This document shows, one piece after another, positions 40,637 through 50,340 of a DNA stretch of 64,000 nt (within the stretch, counting starts at the first letter, position 1; each line of letters opens with the position of its first letter). Origin of the DNA: Patescibacteria group bacterium (GTDB lineage Bacteria > Patescibacteriota > Microgenomatia > UBA8517); assembly GCA_038061225.1 (NCBI GenBank), contig JBBTZT010000005.1, positions 19,646-83,645 on the forward strand. The letters are read 5' to 3'. The notes below the pieces were generated by a model. The model searched no databases. It worked only from the letters and a program-made list of their open reading frames with translations, and was not told where the DNA came from. A program made the position numbers and the translations under genes.

Positions 40637-41590
40637 CTAAGAACCAATCTTAAATTCAATAACATCTCCGTCTTTTACAACATAATCTCTACCTTCACTT
40701 CTAACTTTTCCCAATTCTCTTGCATTTTTCCAGCCTTTATTTTTAATAAATTCATTAAAATCGCAAACATCTGCCTTAATAAATTTACCCATAAAGTCAG
40801 TATGTATCACGCCTGCCGCGTTTGACGCGGTAATTCCATTTTTAATAGTCCAAGCCCTTACCTCTTTTTCCCCTGCTGTTAAAAAGGTAATCAGTCCTAA
40901 AGTTTTAAATGCCTTTTGAATTAATTTATCTAATGCCGATTCCCTAGTGCCTAATGCCTGTAAGTATTCTTTTTGTTCTTCACCTGACAACTCAGCAAGT
41001 TCTGCTTCAACCTTGGCACAAATTGCAACAACTTGACCTTGTTCTAATCCAAGCTCTTTTGCGTACCTTTCTTCATACTGCTTACTACTTACTACATCTT
41101 GTTCATCAACATTTAGAGCAACAAGAATTGGTTTTTGAGAAAAAGGCGGTGCATCTGGATGTTCCATGTCTGCAATATCTAATTCAGTTTTAATAATTTC
41201 AAAATCATTTTTTGCTGAAGTAGCTCTTTGTTTAACTATTTCTGGATCAGAAAAACATCTTATTACATGACAAATTGCATCCACCTGCCTTATGTGGTTT
41301 AAAAATTTATTTCCTAATCCCTCGCCTTTTGAAGCTCCTTCAATTAAACCTGCAATATCAACAAACTCCACAGTTGCAGGCACAATTGGTGGAGTTACTG
41401 ATTCCAAACTGACTATAACTGATTGTAATTGATTTAACCTCTCGTCTGGCACAGGAACAACTCCAATATTTGGTTCAATTGTTGCAAAGGGGAAATTAGC
41501 AACATATGCTTGTTGCTTTTTAAGTAAAGCATTAAAAAGCGTAGATTTTCCTACATTTGGAAGCCCCACTATCCCTACAGATAATCCCAT
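40637..41590 (-). CDS. ychF: YchF ATPase with internal deletion
   Basis: GIVGLPNVGKSTLFN, FVDIAGL, GEGLGNKFL, AGVIHTDF, EGRDYVVKDGD. Confidence 0.93.
   Translation of the reverse strand: MGLSVGIVGLPNVGKSTLFNALLKKQQAYVANFPFATIEPNIGVVPVPDERLNQLQSVIVSLESVTPPIVPATVEFVDIAGLIEGASKGEGLGNKFLNHIRQVDAICHVIRCFSDPEIVKQRATSAKNDFEIIKTELDIADMEHPDAPPFSQKPILVALNVDEQDVVSSKQYEERYAKELGLEQGQVVAICAKVEAELAELSGEEQKEYLQALGTRESALDKLIQKAFKTLGLITFLTAGEKEVRAWTIKNGITASNAAGVIHTDFMGKFIKADVCDFNEFIKNKGWKNARELGKVRSEGRDYVVKDGDVIEFKIGS
40816..40830. repeat. CCGCGT-N3-ACGCGG palindrome (also 53866-53880, 60693-60707; variants 47587-47601, 49790-49800)
   Basis: Read directly from the sequence; GC-rich motif in an AT-rich genome. 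Confidence 0.8.
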
Positions 41591-41665
41591 ATATTTATAT
41601 TATACCTCACTAATTTGTGACATGAGATTAGTATTATAACCTAATTACTAACCCTCTTTTGTGAT

Positions 41666-42415
41666 TTAGTTGTCATGAGGTAATAATAATATAGTGACCA
41701 TTATTATTCCAGCGCCCAATATCAATGGTAAAATTGATTTTAATTTATTACTGTTCTGGTCTTTAATTTTAGGTAAAAAATCACTAGCCCCTAAATATAA
41801 AAATACTCCGGCTGATATCGCCATTAACGATCCATTTAAACCATCGCTTTGATTAAAAAAGTAAACTGTAAATGCACCAACAATAGTCATTAATGATGAA
41901 ATTATATTTACCACCAATATTTTAGATTTGTTCCACCCTGCTTTTAGTAAAATTCCAAAATCTCCAATTTCGTGTGGCACTTCATGCAGAAACGTTGACA
42001 AAGCTGTAATTAAGCCTAGGTTTGGATTAATCATGAAACTAGCTCCTATTGCTACTCCATCAATAAAGTTGTGAATTGTATCTCCAAAAATAACAAAACC
42101 TATCGATGAAGTTTTTATTTCATGAGTGTGGCCATCTTCATCCCCATGATGATGAATGTCAAAAAATAAATGTTCGAAAATATATACTCCTAAAAATGAA
42201 ATTAAAACAATCCAGTACACCGTCCCACCTATCTCATGCTCTGCTTCAGGTATAAGACCCAAAAGTGACACTGTTACTAAAACGCCAGCCGCAAAAGGAA
42301 CAGAATATTTTTCTAAGACTGAAGATAATTTACGATTGTATAAAAAAACAACTCCTCCAAAAAGTGCAATTACACTTCCTAAGAGTGCTTGGAATAATAA
42401 ATTAATAGCCTGCAT
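41666..42415 (-). CDS. ZIP family zinc transporter
   Basis: His-rich loop, GDTIHNFIDG, LHEVPHEIGDF. Confidence 0.92.
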   Translation of the reverse strand: MQAINLLFQALLGSVIALFGGVVFLYNRKLSSVLEKYSVPFAAGVLVTVSLLGLIPEAEHEIGGTVYWIVLISFLGVYIFEHLFFDIHHHGDEDGHTHEIKTSSIGFVIFGDTIHNFIDGVAIGASFMINPNLGLITALSTFLHEVPHEIGDFGILLKAGWNKSKILVVNIISSLMTIVGAFTVYFFNQSDGLNGSLMAISAGVFLYLGASDFLPKIKDQNSNKLKSILPLILGAGIIMVTILLLPHDN

Positions 42416-42443
42416 AGACTTAAAGTATATCAGAAAATATTAC

Positions 42444-43100
42444 TTATAATGCAAGACTAAGGGATATTAGAACCATAATTATCCCAAATCCATAACCAAC
42501 AATTGTTGGCCAAGATGCACCAGTTACAGGTATTGGAGCTGTAGTTGCGGTAGCTTGTGCTGAACTTGTCGAAGTAGGTGTCGTAGTTTTTGAAGCAGAT
42601 GTTACAGTAGCTGTGGCAGTTGGAGTTGCAGTAGCTTTTGATGTATTTGTGGCAGTTGGGCTAGCAGTTGCAGTGGCAGTAGCAGTAGCAGTAGCGGTTG
42701 GAGTGGCTGCAACACTACATAGAGTAAGATTTGTTGTCCAAGCTGCTCCAGCAGAAGGGCAACAAAATTGTTTTGCGTTTGAAGCAGTAGATCCACAAAC
42801 CTCAACTCTACCAGCAGAATTACAAAGACTGTCGTTTGGAAATTCTTCTCCAGTTGAACAATCACGAAGCAAACTAGAGTTATTTGAATCAGGACAAGCA
42901 TATCCTCCTAAGTTGCATTCTTTTGCTTTTTCAGAAATATTCTGATTCTGTCTAACTAAAATTATTCCAGCAATTACACCAAGAGCCAAAACAACAATCC
43001 CAATTATTGCACCCATTACTTTCCAATTTGTTTTATCTTTGGATTTGCTATTTGAAATACCTACAACTTTAATGTCACTATCTTTCATATCTTTAATCAT
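42444..43100 (-). CDS. Surface protein: TM, small Cys-rich domain, Thr/Ala stalk, IPVTG motif, TM
   Basis: LVRQNQNISEKA after the TM, 8 Cys, (TA)n/(TP) stalk at about 42540-42710, C-terminal PIPVTG plus hydrophobic tail. Confidence 0.75.
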   Translation of the reverse strand: MIKDMKDSDIKVVGISNSKSKDKTNWKVMGAIIGIVVLALGVIAGIILVRQNQNISEKAKECNLGGYACPDSNNSSLLRDCSTGEEFPNDSLCNSAGRVEVCGSTASNAKQFCCPSAGAAWTTNLTLCSVAATPTATATATATATASPTATNTSKATATPTATATVTSASKTTTPTSTSSAQATATTAPIPVTGASWPTIVGYGFGIIMVLISLSLAL

Positions 43101-43150
43101 GACACAAATTGTCCCTTGAAATCAATAGTATAAATCGTCTAAATTACATC

Positions 43151-43483
43151 ATGACCAAATATAGGGAATATTTTGAAAGAATGATAACAAACGAAAAGGA
43201 AGCTTTTGATGAATTTACTAAACTCCATATGCAATATAGTTTAGATCAAGATGGTTTGCAAGATAAATTTAATGAGGAAGGAACAAAAATTGTAATTATT
43301 ATCAGAGAATGGGAAAATAAACTATGTTCAACAAGTGAAAAGGCAGGATATGGTGGATATACAACCAATCTTTCTGAGAAATTCTGGCAAGAAGTAAGGA
43401 AAAGTTATCCTCTAATTGATTATGTTGGAGTAATTACAAAAAACCTCAAAAGTTTTAATATTCAAAAAATAAAATTAAATTAA
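43151..43483 (+). CDS. Hypothetical protein
   Basis: ATG 43151 preferred; IREWENKLC...YTTNLSEKFW..VR. Confidence 0.65.
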   Translation: MTKYREYFERMITNEKEAFDEFTKLHMQYSLDQDGLQDKFNEEGTKIVIIIREWENKLCSTSEKAGYGGYTTNLSEKFWQEVRKSYPLIDYVGVITKNLKSFNIQKIKLN

Positions 43484-44091
43484 TATTTTATTTTTATTCT
43501 TCCGCTACCAAATGTTACCTCAAATGAATTTAGAGATTTAATTTGCACTCTATATAAGTTATTACCTGCCCAAAAACTTAATCCACCAGATATCACTTGA
43601 GTGAGGTCTGACTTGTTGGTTATTAAAACTTCACTACCATTTACTGCAATATTATTTGTTACATCGTAGAGTCTTGCGTAAACAGTACCATTTCCATGAG
43701 CAACTTTTAAAAACGCTTCCCAATTTGCATATGATGATTTTCCATAATCAGTATTAAAATCTAAGTAAAATTCAGTTCCTGGAGCATTGTACCATTCTGT
43801 AGAAGTCGTAGTAATTGGTCCTGTAATTGGAATATATCCAAATTGTATTTTTGCAGTTTGTGGTTTTGGGGTTACTACTATATTTGTTACACTTTCTTTG
43901 GTACTAGCAGAAATTGTAGAAATAAATTTTGCAACAGTTTCTTCAATTTGTTTTTTGCAATCACTTTCACAAACATCATTAGATATAACTTGTGTAACTA
44001 CATTTTTAGTATTTTGAAATACAAGAAGCCAAACAAACGCTCCAATTAAAAAAATTGTTAAAATAAAATTAATATAAACTACAGTTTTCAT
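43480..44091 (-). CDS. Membrane-anchored hypothetical protein
   Basis: N-terminal TM, CxxxC, beta-rich C-terminal domain. Confidence 0.65.
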   Translation of the reverse strand: MKTVVYINFILTIFLIGAFVWLLVFQNTKNVVTQVISNDVCESDCKKQIEETVAKFISTISASTKESVTNIVVTPKPQTAKIQFGYIPITGPITTTSTEWYNAPGTEFYLDFNTDYGKSSYANWEAFLKVAHGNGTVYARLYDVTNNIAVNGSEVLITNKSDLTQVISGGLSFWAGNNLYRVQIKSLNSFEVTFGSGRIKIKY

Positions 44092-45335
44092 TATTTAAGA
44101 TTTAATCCCAAAACTTCATCAAAAGAAATAGCTAAATCATATTTATCTTCGCTTGGGATATTGCTTTTTAGCATTTCAAACATCACAGCCATTGCTTTGC
44201 TTGTATTTAAATCGTCATTAATTGCTTTGTTAAACTTATTTCTATATTCGTTTACTTTTTCATTTTTTTCCCGACTTAAAGTAGTTCTGGCTGATGACTG
44301 GAGACTAATGACTAATGACTGTAGCCGTTTTAGCCCTTTAGAAGCTGATTCAAGCGCTTGCCAAGTAAAATTCATTGGTTTTTTGTAATGTGCACCAAGA
44401 TATAAATAGCGAAGAGCTATTGGGTCAACCCCTTTATTCAAAACATCTTGAATTGTATAGTAATTACCAAGTGACTTACTCATTTTAGTTCCATCAACCA
44501 TTAAAAATGCACAGTGAAGCCAAAATTTACTAAAGGGAACTTTTCCTGTTGCTCCTTCACTTTGTGCAATTTCATTTGGATGGTGAATTGAGAGATGGTC
44601 TTCCCCACCAGTATGTATATCTATTTGTTCTCCTAAATATTTTATACTCATTGCAGAGCATTCAATATGCCACCCAGGAAACCCATCACCCCATGGACTT
44701 TCCCAATGCATAACATGATCTTTAAAATTTCCTACTCTTTTAAACCAAAGTGCAAAATCTTGAGGATTTCTCTTGTTTTCGTCTGTTTTTACCTGTTCCC
44801 TAACACCTATTCGCTTTTCACTGATGTCTTGTCCAAACATTTTTCCATAATCTGCAAATTTTGATACATCAAAGTAAACTGCTTCTTCTGTATCATAGGC
44901 ATATCCATTGATGAATAGTTTATCAATCAGTTCAATTTGTTCTTTGATATGATCAGTTGCTTTACAAATTGTTGTGGGTCTAATTATATTTAATTTATCC
45001 ATTGATTCGTAAAAATTCTTAGTAAAAAAATCAGCCACTTCCCAAACGGTTTTACCTTGTTTTTTAGCTCCTTTTTCTAATTTATCTTCGCCATCATCGG
45101 CATCAGAAACTAAGTGACCAACATCAGTCACATTTTGGACATGATTAACCTTAAAATCATTATATATAAGTACTCTTTTCAAAATATCGTCTATAACATA
45201 TTTTCTGCCATGACCTATGTGTGCATAATCATAAACAGTCATTCCACAGGTATACAATCCCACTCCCGATGTGGGATTTATTGGTGTAAACAATTCTTTT
45301 TGTCTAGTTAGTGAGTTATATAAATACAAATCCAT
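44091..45335 (-). CDS. cysS: Cysteine--tRNA ligase, C-terminally shortened (414 aa)
   Basis: YTCGMTVYDYAHIGH, DFALW, PGWHIECSAM, HHPNEIAQ, KMSKS, DDLNT; ends at VLGLNLK. Confidence 0.93.
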   Translation of the reverse strand: MDLYLYNSLTRQKELFTPINPTSGVGLYTCGMTVYDYAHIGHGRKYVIDDILKRVLIYNDFKVNHVQNVTDVGHLVSDADDGEDKLEKGAKKQGKTVWEVADFFTKNFYESMDKLNIIRPTTICKATDHIKEQIELIDKLFINGYAYDTEEAVYFDVSKFADYGKMFGQDISEKRIGVREQVKTDENKRNPQDFALWFKRVGNFKDHVMHWESPWGDGFPGWHIECSAMSIKYLGEQIDIHTGGEDHLSIHHPNEIAQSEGATGKVPFSKFWLHCAFLMVDGTKMSKSLGNYYTIQDVLNKGVDPIALRYLYLGAHYKKPMNFTWQALESASKGLKRLQSLVISLQSSARTTLSREKNEKVNEYRNKFNKAINDDLNTSKAMAVMFEMLKSNIPSEDKYDLAISFDEVLGLNLK

Positions 45336-45372
45336 TCTTATATACTACATACAATACACGATATTCTCAAGC

Positions 45373-45846
45373 CTATCCTGAAGGAGGGACTGGTTTTTCG
45401 ACACGAGTTGTTTGCTGTTGTGCAGACTGTTTTTGCCCCCCACCCATTTTACGACCCTTCTTAGCAGAGGGCATTACTAGTTGATCAGTTACGAGTTGCG
45501 AGTTACGAGTTTTGACAGCCTCAATTTGAGCTTTTAAAACATCACGTTGTTCATAACTAAGTTCTGTAAATTCTTCCAAGGGAATATTTTCCCCTGCCTG
45601 AATTCTTCTCATTAAATCGTTAAATATTTTTTGTCTTCTTATATCTTTTAGTTCTGATTCTAGCGCCTGCAGATGTCTTCCATCTTTTTCTGCTATTGCA
45701 GTTTTATCTAAATTAGACTGTTCTTGATTTATAGGCTGTTCTAGAGGTTTGGTATTTTCGGATACATTAATTTGTTTTGCAACAGATTTCAAAAATTCTA
45801 GCGGTTCTTCTCCAATTGCTTTAATTGTTTTTTTGATAGGATTCAT
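45373..45846 (-). CDS. Hypothetical protein
   Basis: Overlaps the recR stop by 4 nt; coiled-coil/low complexity. Confidence 0.6.
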   Translation of the reverse strand: MNPIKKTIKAIGEEPLEFLKSVAKQINVSENTKPLEQPINQEQSNLDKTAIAEKDGRHLQALESELKDIRRQKIFNDLMRRIQAGENIPLEEFTELSYEQRDVLKAQIEAVKTRNSQLVTDQLVMPSAKKGRKMGGGQKQSAQQQTTRVEKPVPPSG

Positions 45847-46469
45847 AGTTCTTTCCTTCCTTCCAATGCTTGCGTAAGAGTAGTATCATCTGCATATTCT
45901 AAATCAGCACCTGTTGGAATACCCATACCTAAGCGAGTAATTTTTAATTTTAAATTTTTATCACGAAGTGTAGTCATCATTTTCAATTGTTTAACAAGGT
46001 ACATACTAGTTGCTTCACCTTCCATTGTAGGATTTGTAGCAATTATTATTTCTTGGATCTTAGATCCTACATCTTGGATCCGTTCAAGCAAAGCTTGAAC
46101 AAATATCTCGTCAGGTCCAATATTTTCCAAGGGGTTAATAGCACCATGCAGTACATGGTATAGACCTTTGTATCTTCCGCTTCTTTCAAATGCAATTAAA
46201 TCAAGTGGATTTTCAACAACCAAACAAGTTTTTTTATCACGATTATGATCAGAGCAAATGGAACATGGATCCGTTTCAGCCACATTTTTACAAATAGAAC
46301 AAAGAACAGTATCTTTTTTAAGGCGTGATAAGTTCTCACTAAATTCATCAAGTTCTTTCTGTGGAACATGAAGAAGATAGTATGCCAATCGTTGCGCAGA
46401 TTTTGGGCCGATTCCAGGAAGTTTTTCAAAGGACTCTGTTAAAGAAGAAATTGCTTTGGCAATTTTCAT
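45843..46469 (-). CDS. recR: Recombination protein RecR
   Basis: LPGIGPKSAQR, C4 zinc finger, YHVLHG, ATNPTMEGEAT, LEYAD. Confidence 0.96.
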   Translation of the reverse strand: MKIAKAISSLTESFEKLPGIGPKSAQRLAYYLLHVPQKELDEFSENLSRLKKDTVLCSICKNVAETDPCSICSDHNRDKKTCLVVENPLDLIAFERSGRYKGLYHVLHGAINPLENIGPDEIFVQALLERIQDVGSKIQEIIIATNPTMEGEATSMYLVKQLKMMTTLRDKNLKLKITRLGMGIPTGADLEYADDTTLTQALEGRKEL

Positions 46470-46476
46470 GGAAATA

Positions 46477-46764
46477 TTATTTGCCTAATCCACCAAGAAG
46501 ACCTGATAGACCTCCACCCATTTCCATCATTTTTTTCGCAGCTTCTTTTTGGACTTTTTTCATGGCTTCATTTATAAGATCAACTAAAAAAGCCATATCT
46601 TCGCCGTCTTTTTTAATGTATCTTAACTTTTGGTCACCAGTAACTGATACTGACCATTCATTTTTTTCAACAGTTTCAATTATCTTTTCTAACTCTTTCT
46701 GAAGTGCGCTGGCTTGTTGCCTCATTTTATTTAACTGACCTATTTGTTTAAATTTGTCAAACAT
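46477..46764 (-). CDS. YbaB/EbfC nucleoid-associated protein
   Basis: LQKELE, VSVTGDQ, INEAMKK; sits between dnaX and recR. Confidence 0.85.
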   Translation of the reverse strand: MFDKFKQIGQLNKMRQQASALQKELEKIIETVEKNEWSVSVTGDQKLRYIKKDGEDMAFLVDLINEAMKKVQKEAAKKMMEMGGGLSGLLGGLGK

Positions 46765-47035
46765 GTGCAACATTTATTATATTTTCCTTTTTGACTTCCG
46801 TCAACTGGTACTCAATTTTAATATTTTTACCTAAGATATTTAATGTGACGTCATCTAACATTTTTTTTGTTTTAACTTCTTCTAATTTATCTTTATGAAA
46901 TTTATAACTAACACCAAGTTTTAGCTTATTACTATCAAATTCAAGTAGTACTACCGATCTTAATAATCTTGCAATTGAAATACTTTGAGTCATCACTTTG
47001 TCAAGAATTTTGTTCCAAGTTGTTTCATCCATCAC
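46757..47035 (-). CDS. Separate C-terminal (tau-like) domain of DnaX
   Basis: In frame directly after the dnaX TAG; W..IL..V....SIARLLR...L.L...YKFHKDKLE resembles DnaX C-termini. Confidence 0.6.
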   Translation of the reverse strand: MMDETTWNKILDKVMTQSISIARLLRSVVLLEFDSNKLKLGVSYKFHKDKLEEVKTKKMLDDVTLNILGKNIKIEYQLTEVKKENIINVAHV

Positions 47036-47986
47036 CTAAAGATTACACCATTTTATTATAGCAATCTCTAGAGGTAATTTCTCAATTGGGCTAACTTTTA
47101 TCATTTCATTTGACTTTAATATTAATTCAATGAGTGGAATCAATTCAAGAGATTCCGAATTAACCAATTTTTGATGTAGTATGTTTAATATCTCACTTGT
47201 TAAATAATGAATATTATTTGCTTTTTTTAGATCTGCTAGAATGATTTTAATATCTTTTTTAATTAAGGCTTCAACAAATACTTCTAGATCAATATTTAAG
47301 TCTTTAATTAAAAAACTTTTGTCGCTACTATATTGTTCTAAATTTTTGACAGCGTCTCGAAATGATCCTTTTGAAATTTTTATTATTTTATTTAAATCAT
47401 CATTTGTTATTTCGATCTTTTCTCCCTTAACAACTCTTTTTAATGATCTAAATATTTCTTCATCAGTTGCTTTAGTAAAAGAGATAGAAGTTGTTCTACT
47501 TTTTATAGTCTCGATTAATTTTTCGGGGTTAGTTGTTGCTAATATGAAATAAACATGGGATGGTGGCTCTTCTAAGGTCTTTAATAAGGCGTTTGACGCC
47601 TCTATTGTCAACATGTGAGCTTCATCAATAATATATATTTTAGCTTTAGCATTTGCTGGGGCTAGTTTTACAATATCACGAAGAGCTCTGACATCATCAA
47701 TTCCTCTGTTACTTGCCGCATCCATTTCGATTACATCGATATTTGTACCATTAGTTATTGAAATACATTGACTACATTTATTACAAGGTTTTTCTTTAGA
47801 TGACTCACAATTAATTACTTTAGCTAATATTCTAGCAGCAGATGTTTTACCAGTTCCTTTTGGTCCAGCAAATAAAAATGCATGTGGAATAGAACCTGAT
47901 TTAACAATATTAGTTAGTGTTTCTCTAACAGTGGCAATATCAAGTTCAGCAATCGTTTGTGATCTATATTTTAAATAATATGTCAT
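47036..47986 (-). CDS. dnaX: DNA polymerase III gamma/tau subunit, N-terminal part
   Basis: YLKYR, HAFLFAGPKGTGKTS, CNKCSQC, EMDAASNRGIDD, IIDEAHML, NALLKTLEEPP. Confidence 0.95.
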   Translation of the reverse strand: MTYYLKYRSQTIAELDIATVRETLTNIVKSGSIPHAFLFAGPKGTGKTSAARILAKVINCESSKEKPCNKCSQCISITNGTNIDVIEMDAASNRGIDDVRALRDIVKLAPANAKAKIYIIDEAHMLTIEASNALLKTLEEPPSHVYFILATTNPEKLIETIKSRTTSISFTKATDEEIFRSLKRVVKGEKIEITNDDLNKIIKISKGSFRDAVKNLEQYSSDKSFLIKDLNIDLEVFVEALIKKDIKIILADLKKANNIHYLTSEILNILHQKLVNSESLELIPLIELILKSNEMIKVSPIEKLPLEIAIIKWCNL

Positions 47987-48003
47987 TTTTTTAAAAAAAG
48001 TTA

Positions 48004-48390
48004 CTATTCTTTGTGGTGAATTCCGAGTAAGTGTAACCCAGAATGACCAACTAATTCTAGTACCTTTTCTTCAATTAGTTTATTCTCCTTTTTAGCTTCG
48101 GCTAAAGCAATTGGAAAGCAAACAACAATCTCGCCAAGTTGCATTAAATTATTTGGATATTTAAAATCAGGTACTTCTGATTCTACAAATGAAAAAACGT
48201 TGTGAGTTTTTGTATCGTTTTTGTAGTACTTTTTACCAAAGGTTTTCATCTTTGCCTCGCTAACAAAGGAGACGTGACATTCTGCACTTGATACTATACC
48301 ATGATCTTTGAAAAACTTTTGTAAAAATTTTCTTACTTTTATTCCACTAATTGGATAATTTGATTGTTTTGAAACATTAATTTTAACCAT
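48004..48390 (-). CDS. ybeY: Endoribonuclease YbeY
   Basis: VFSF, LGEIVVC, HSGLHLLGIHH. Confidence 0.88.
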   Translation of the reverse strand: MVKINVSKQSNYPISGIKVRKFLQKFFKDHGIVSSAECHVSFVSEAKMKTFGKKYYKNDTKTHNVFSFVESEVPDFKYPNNLMQLGEIVVCFPIALAEAKKENKLIEEKVLELVGHSGLHLLGIHHKE

Positions 48391-48826
48391 TACTTAATTT
48401 AGAACGAACAAGATTTGCAACAAGACCACCATCAACCCCTGAATTTTTAGATTTTACTGTTGCGATAACCTTACTCATATCCTGCATTGTAGATGCACCC
48501 ATTTCTTTAATTGTTTCTTCAACTAATTTTACTATTTCCTCTTCTGTAACTTCTGGTGGTAAAAACTTTTGGAGAATCGCGAGTTCAGCTTTTTCATTTT
48601 CTACTCTATCTAAAGCATTTGCCTTTGTATACATTTCAATTGCTTCTTTTCTTTTTTTTGCTTCTTTTCTAACAACTACTAATTCTTCTTCATTTGTTAA
48701 TTCGTGTTGCAGATTAATCTTTTCATTTTTTAGTTCTGATGAAAGCATACGAAGCGTTGAAACACGAACAGTGTCGTGCGCTTTCATTGCCTCTCCAATT
48801 TTTTGCATCATTGTTGCTGTTATCAT
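48383..48826 (-). CDS. GatB/YqeY domain protein
   Basis: EAMKAHD, LRML, KEAKKRKEAI, FLPP. Confidence 0.9.
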   Translation of the reverse strand: MITATMMQKIGEAMKAHDTVRVSTLRMLSSELKNEKINLQHELTNEEELVVVRKEAKKRKEAIEMYTKANALDRVENEKAELAILQKFLPPEVTEEEIVKLVEETIKEMGASTMQDMSKVIATVKSKNSGVDGGLVANLVRSKLSNG

Positions 48827-48827
48827 C

Positions 48828-49136
48828 TTAAGTATTAAATTTTGATAAAAAATGAAAATGTAAATGATTAACTTCCAAGAGTTTGCCCCAATTTATTCTA
48901 AATTGGAATTCATCAAGATTTAATTCTTTTTGCAAATCTAAAGCGATCTCTTTTGCTTCAAGAAATAAAGTATCACTTACTTTTTCAATATCATCAATAT
49001 GTTCTTTAGAAATTATTAATAAATGTATTTTTGCTGACGGTTTAACATCTGCTATTACAATGTAATTGTCTGTTTCTTTTTTAATCTCAGAAGATATTTC
49101 TTTTTTTACAATTTTACAAAAAATACAATCATTCAT
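48828..49136 (-). CDS. HIT family protein
   Basis: DCIFCKIV, HLLII, HLHFH. Confidence 0.9.
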   Translation of the reverse strand: MNDCIFCKIVKKEISSEIKKETDNYIVIADVKPSAKIHLLIISKEHIDDIEKVSDTLFLEAKEIALDLQKELNLDEFQFRINWGKLLEVNHLHFHFLSKFNT

Positions 49137-50326
49137 ATTAATTTTTTAACCACTTCATCAAAATCAAAAAGTGTTGACACTTTTGAATTTCTCATTTTGA
49201 ATTCTATCTTTTTGTCTGTTTTGTCTGACACAACAAGTCTTATAGGAATTCCAATTAAATCAGAATCTGCAAATTTTTCCCCAGCTCCGATGTCTCTATC
49301 ATCAAACAAAACATCTATATTTTTTGCAAGTAATTTTTTATAGATATCATAACCTTTACCATTTAAGCCAACTAAGTGAACATCAAATGGCGAAATTTCT
49401 TTACTCCAAATGATGCCTTTATCATCATGGCTAACTTCCACCCATGTACCCATTACTCTGGTCGGTCCTATTCCGTAACTTCCAAACCAAACAGGTTTTC
49501 TTTTACCATCTGCATCAGTAAAGGTCATTCCCATTTTTTCTGCATACCAAGTTCCTAATGGAAAAATATTACCAACCTCAATTGCTTTTGCTAATTTGTA
49601 ATCTTTTTTACCTCCTTTTAATACTTCTTCGTTTATTGCTTCTTTATCTCCTTCTTTCCAATAAATTGTATCTTCCCCTGCTTCGCTTAATACTTGGAAT
49701 TCATGCGTAAATTTATCTGTAAATACACCGCCTGAAGCCTTTGCAATTTTAAAATTAAACCCAAGCCTCGTAAAGATTTTTTCGTAGGCGCGTTTGACGC
49801 ACTCGTAATATTCCATTAAATCTTTTTCTGAAGTATGTGCTGAATATAAATCCTTCATCATAAACTCGCGACCTCTTAGTATTCCATTTTTAGCTCTAAG
49901 TTCATTTCTAAATTTGGTTGAAAAATGATAGACAGAAACGGGTAAATCTTTATAACTATTAATTGTTTTACGAAGTAGATCCATGACAATTTCCTCATGA
50001 GTAAAAGATAAAACAAACTCTTTATCATGAATATCTTTAAGTTTATACATAATTTCATTTGCTTTATCCCACCTTCCTGTTTCTCCCCATATTGCCTTTG
50101 GGTGAAGAAGTGGCATTAGCATCTCTTGCCCACCAATTGCATTCATTTCCTCTCTAATTATTTGATTAATTTTAGTTACAACTTTCCAGCCCATAGGAAG
50201 TAGTGTCCAACTTCCAGCCATAAGTTGATCAATAAAACCTGCTCTAACAAGAAGCTTGTGGTTTACACTTTCAGCATCCTTTGGAGCTTCTTTTTTCGTT
50301 TTCGGAAATAATTGACTTTGCAACAT
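49133..50326 (-). CDS. proS: Proline--tRNA ligase (no editing insertion)
   Basis: LLVRAGFI, THEE, KFRNELR, REFMMKDLYS, IEVGNIF, GSYGIGPTR. Confidence 0.95.
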   Translation of the reverse strand: MLQSQLFPKTKKEAPKDAESVNHKLLVRAGFIDQLMAGSWTLLPMGWKVVTKINQIIREEMNAIGGQEMLMPLLHPKAIWGETGRWDKANEIMYKLKDIHDKEFVLSFTHEEIVMDLLRKTINSYKDLPVSVYHFSTKFRNELRAKNGILRGREFMMKDLYSAHTSEKDLMEYYECVKRAYEKIFTRLGFNFKIAKASGGVFTDKFTHEFQVLSEAGEDTIYWKEGDKEAINEEVLKGGKKDYKLAKAIEVGNIFPLGTWYAEKMGMTFTDADGKRKPVWFGSYGIGPTRVMGTWVEVSHDDKGIIWSKEISPFDVHLVGLNGKGYDIYKKLLAKNIDVLFDDRDIGAGEKFADSDLIGIPIRLVVSDKTDKKIEFKMRNSKVSTLFDFDEVVKKLI

Positions 50327-50340
50327 ATGAACTTATTGTA

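Noticed and set aside
42540-42710. (GCAGTA)n-type repeats as a mobile or heptamer element
   Set aside because: Period 6, simply encoding a Thr-Ala stalk.
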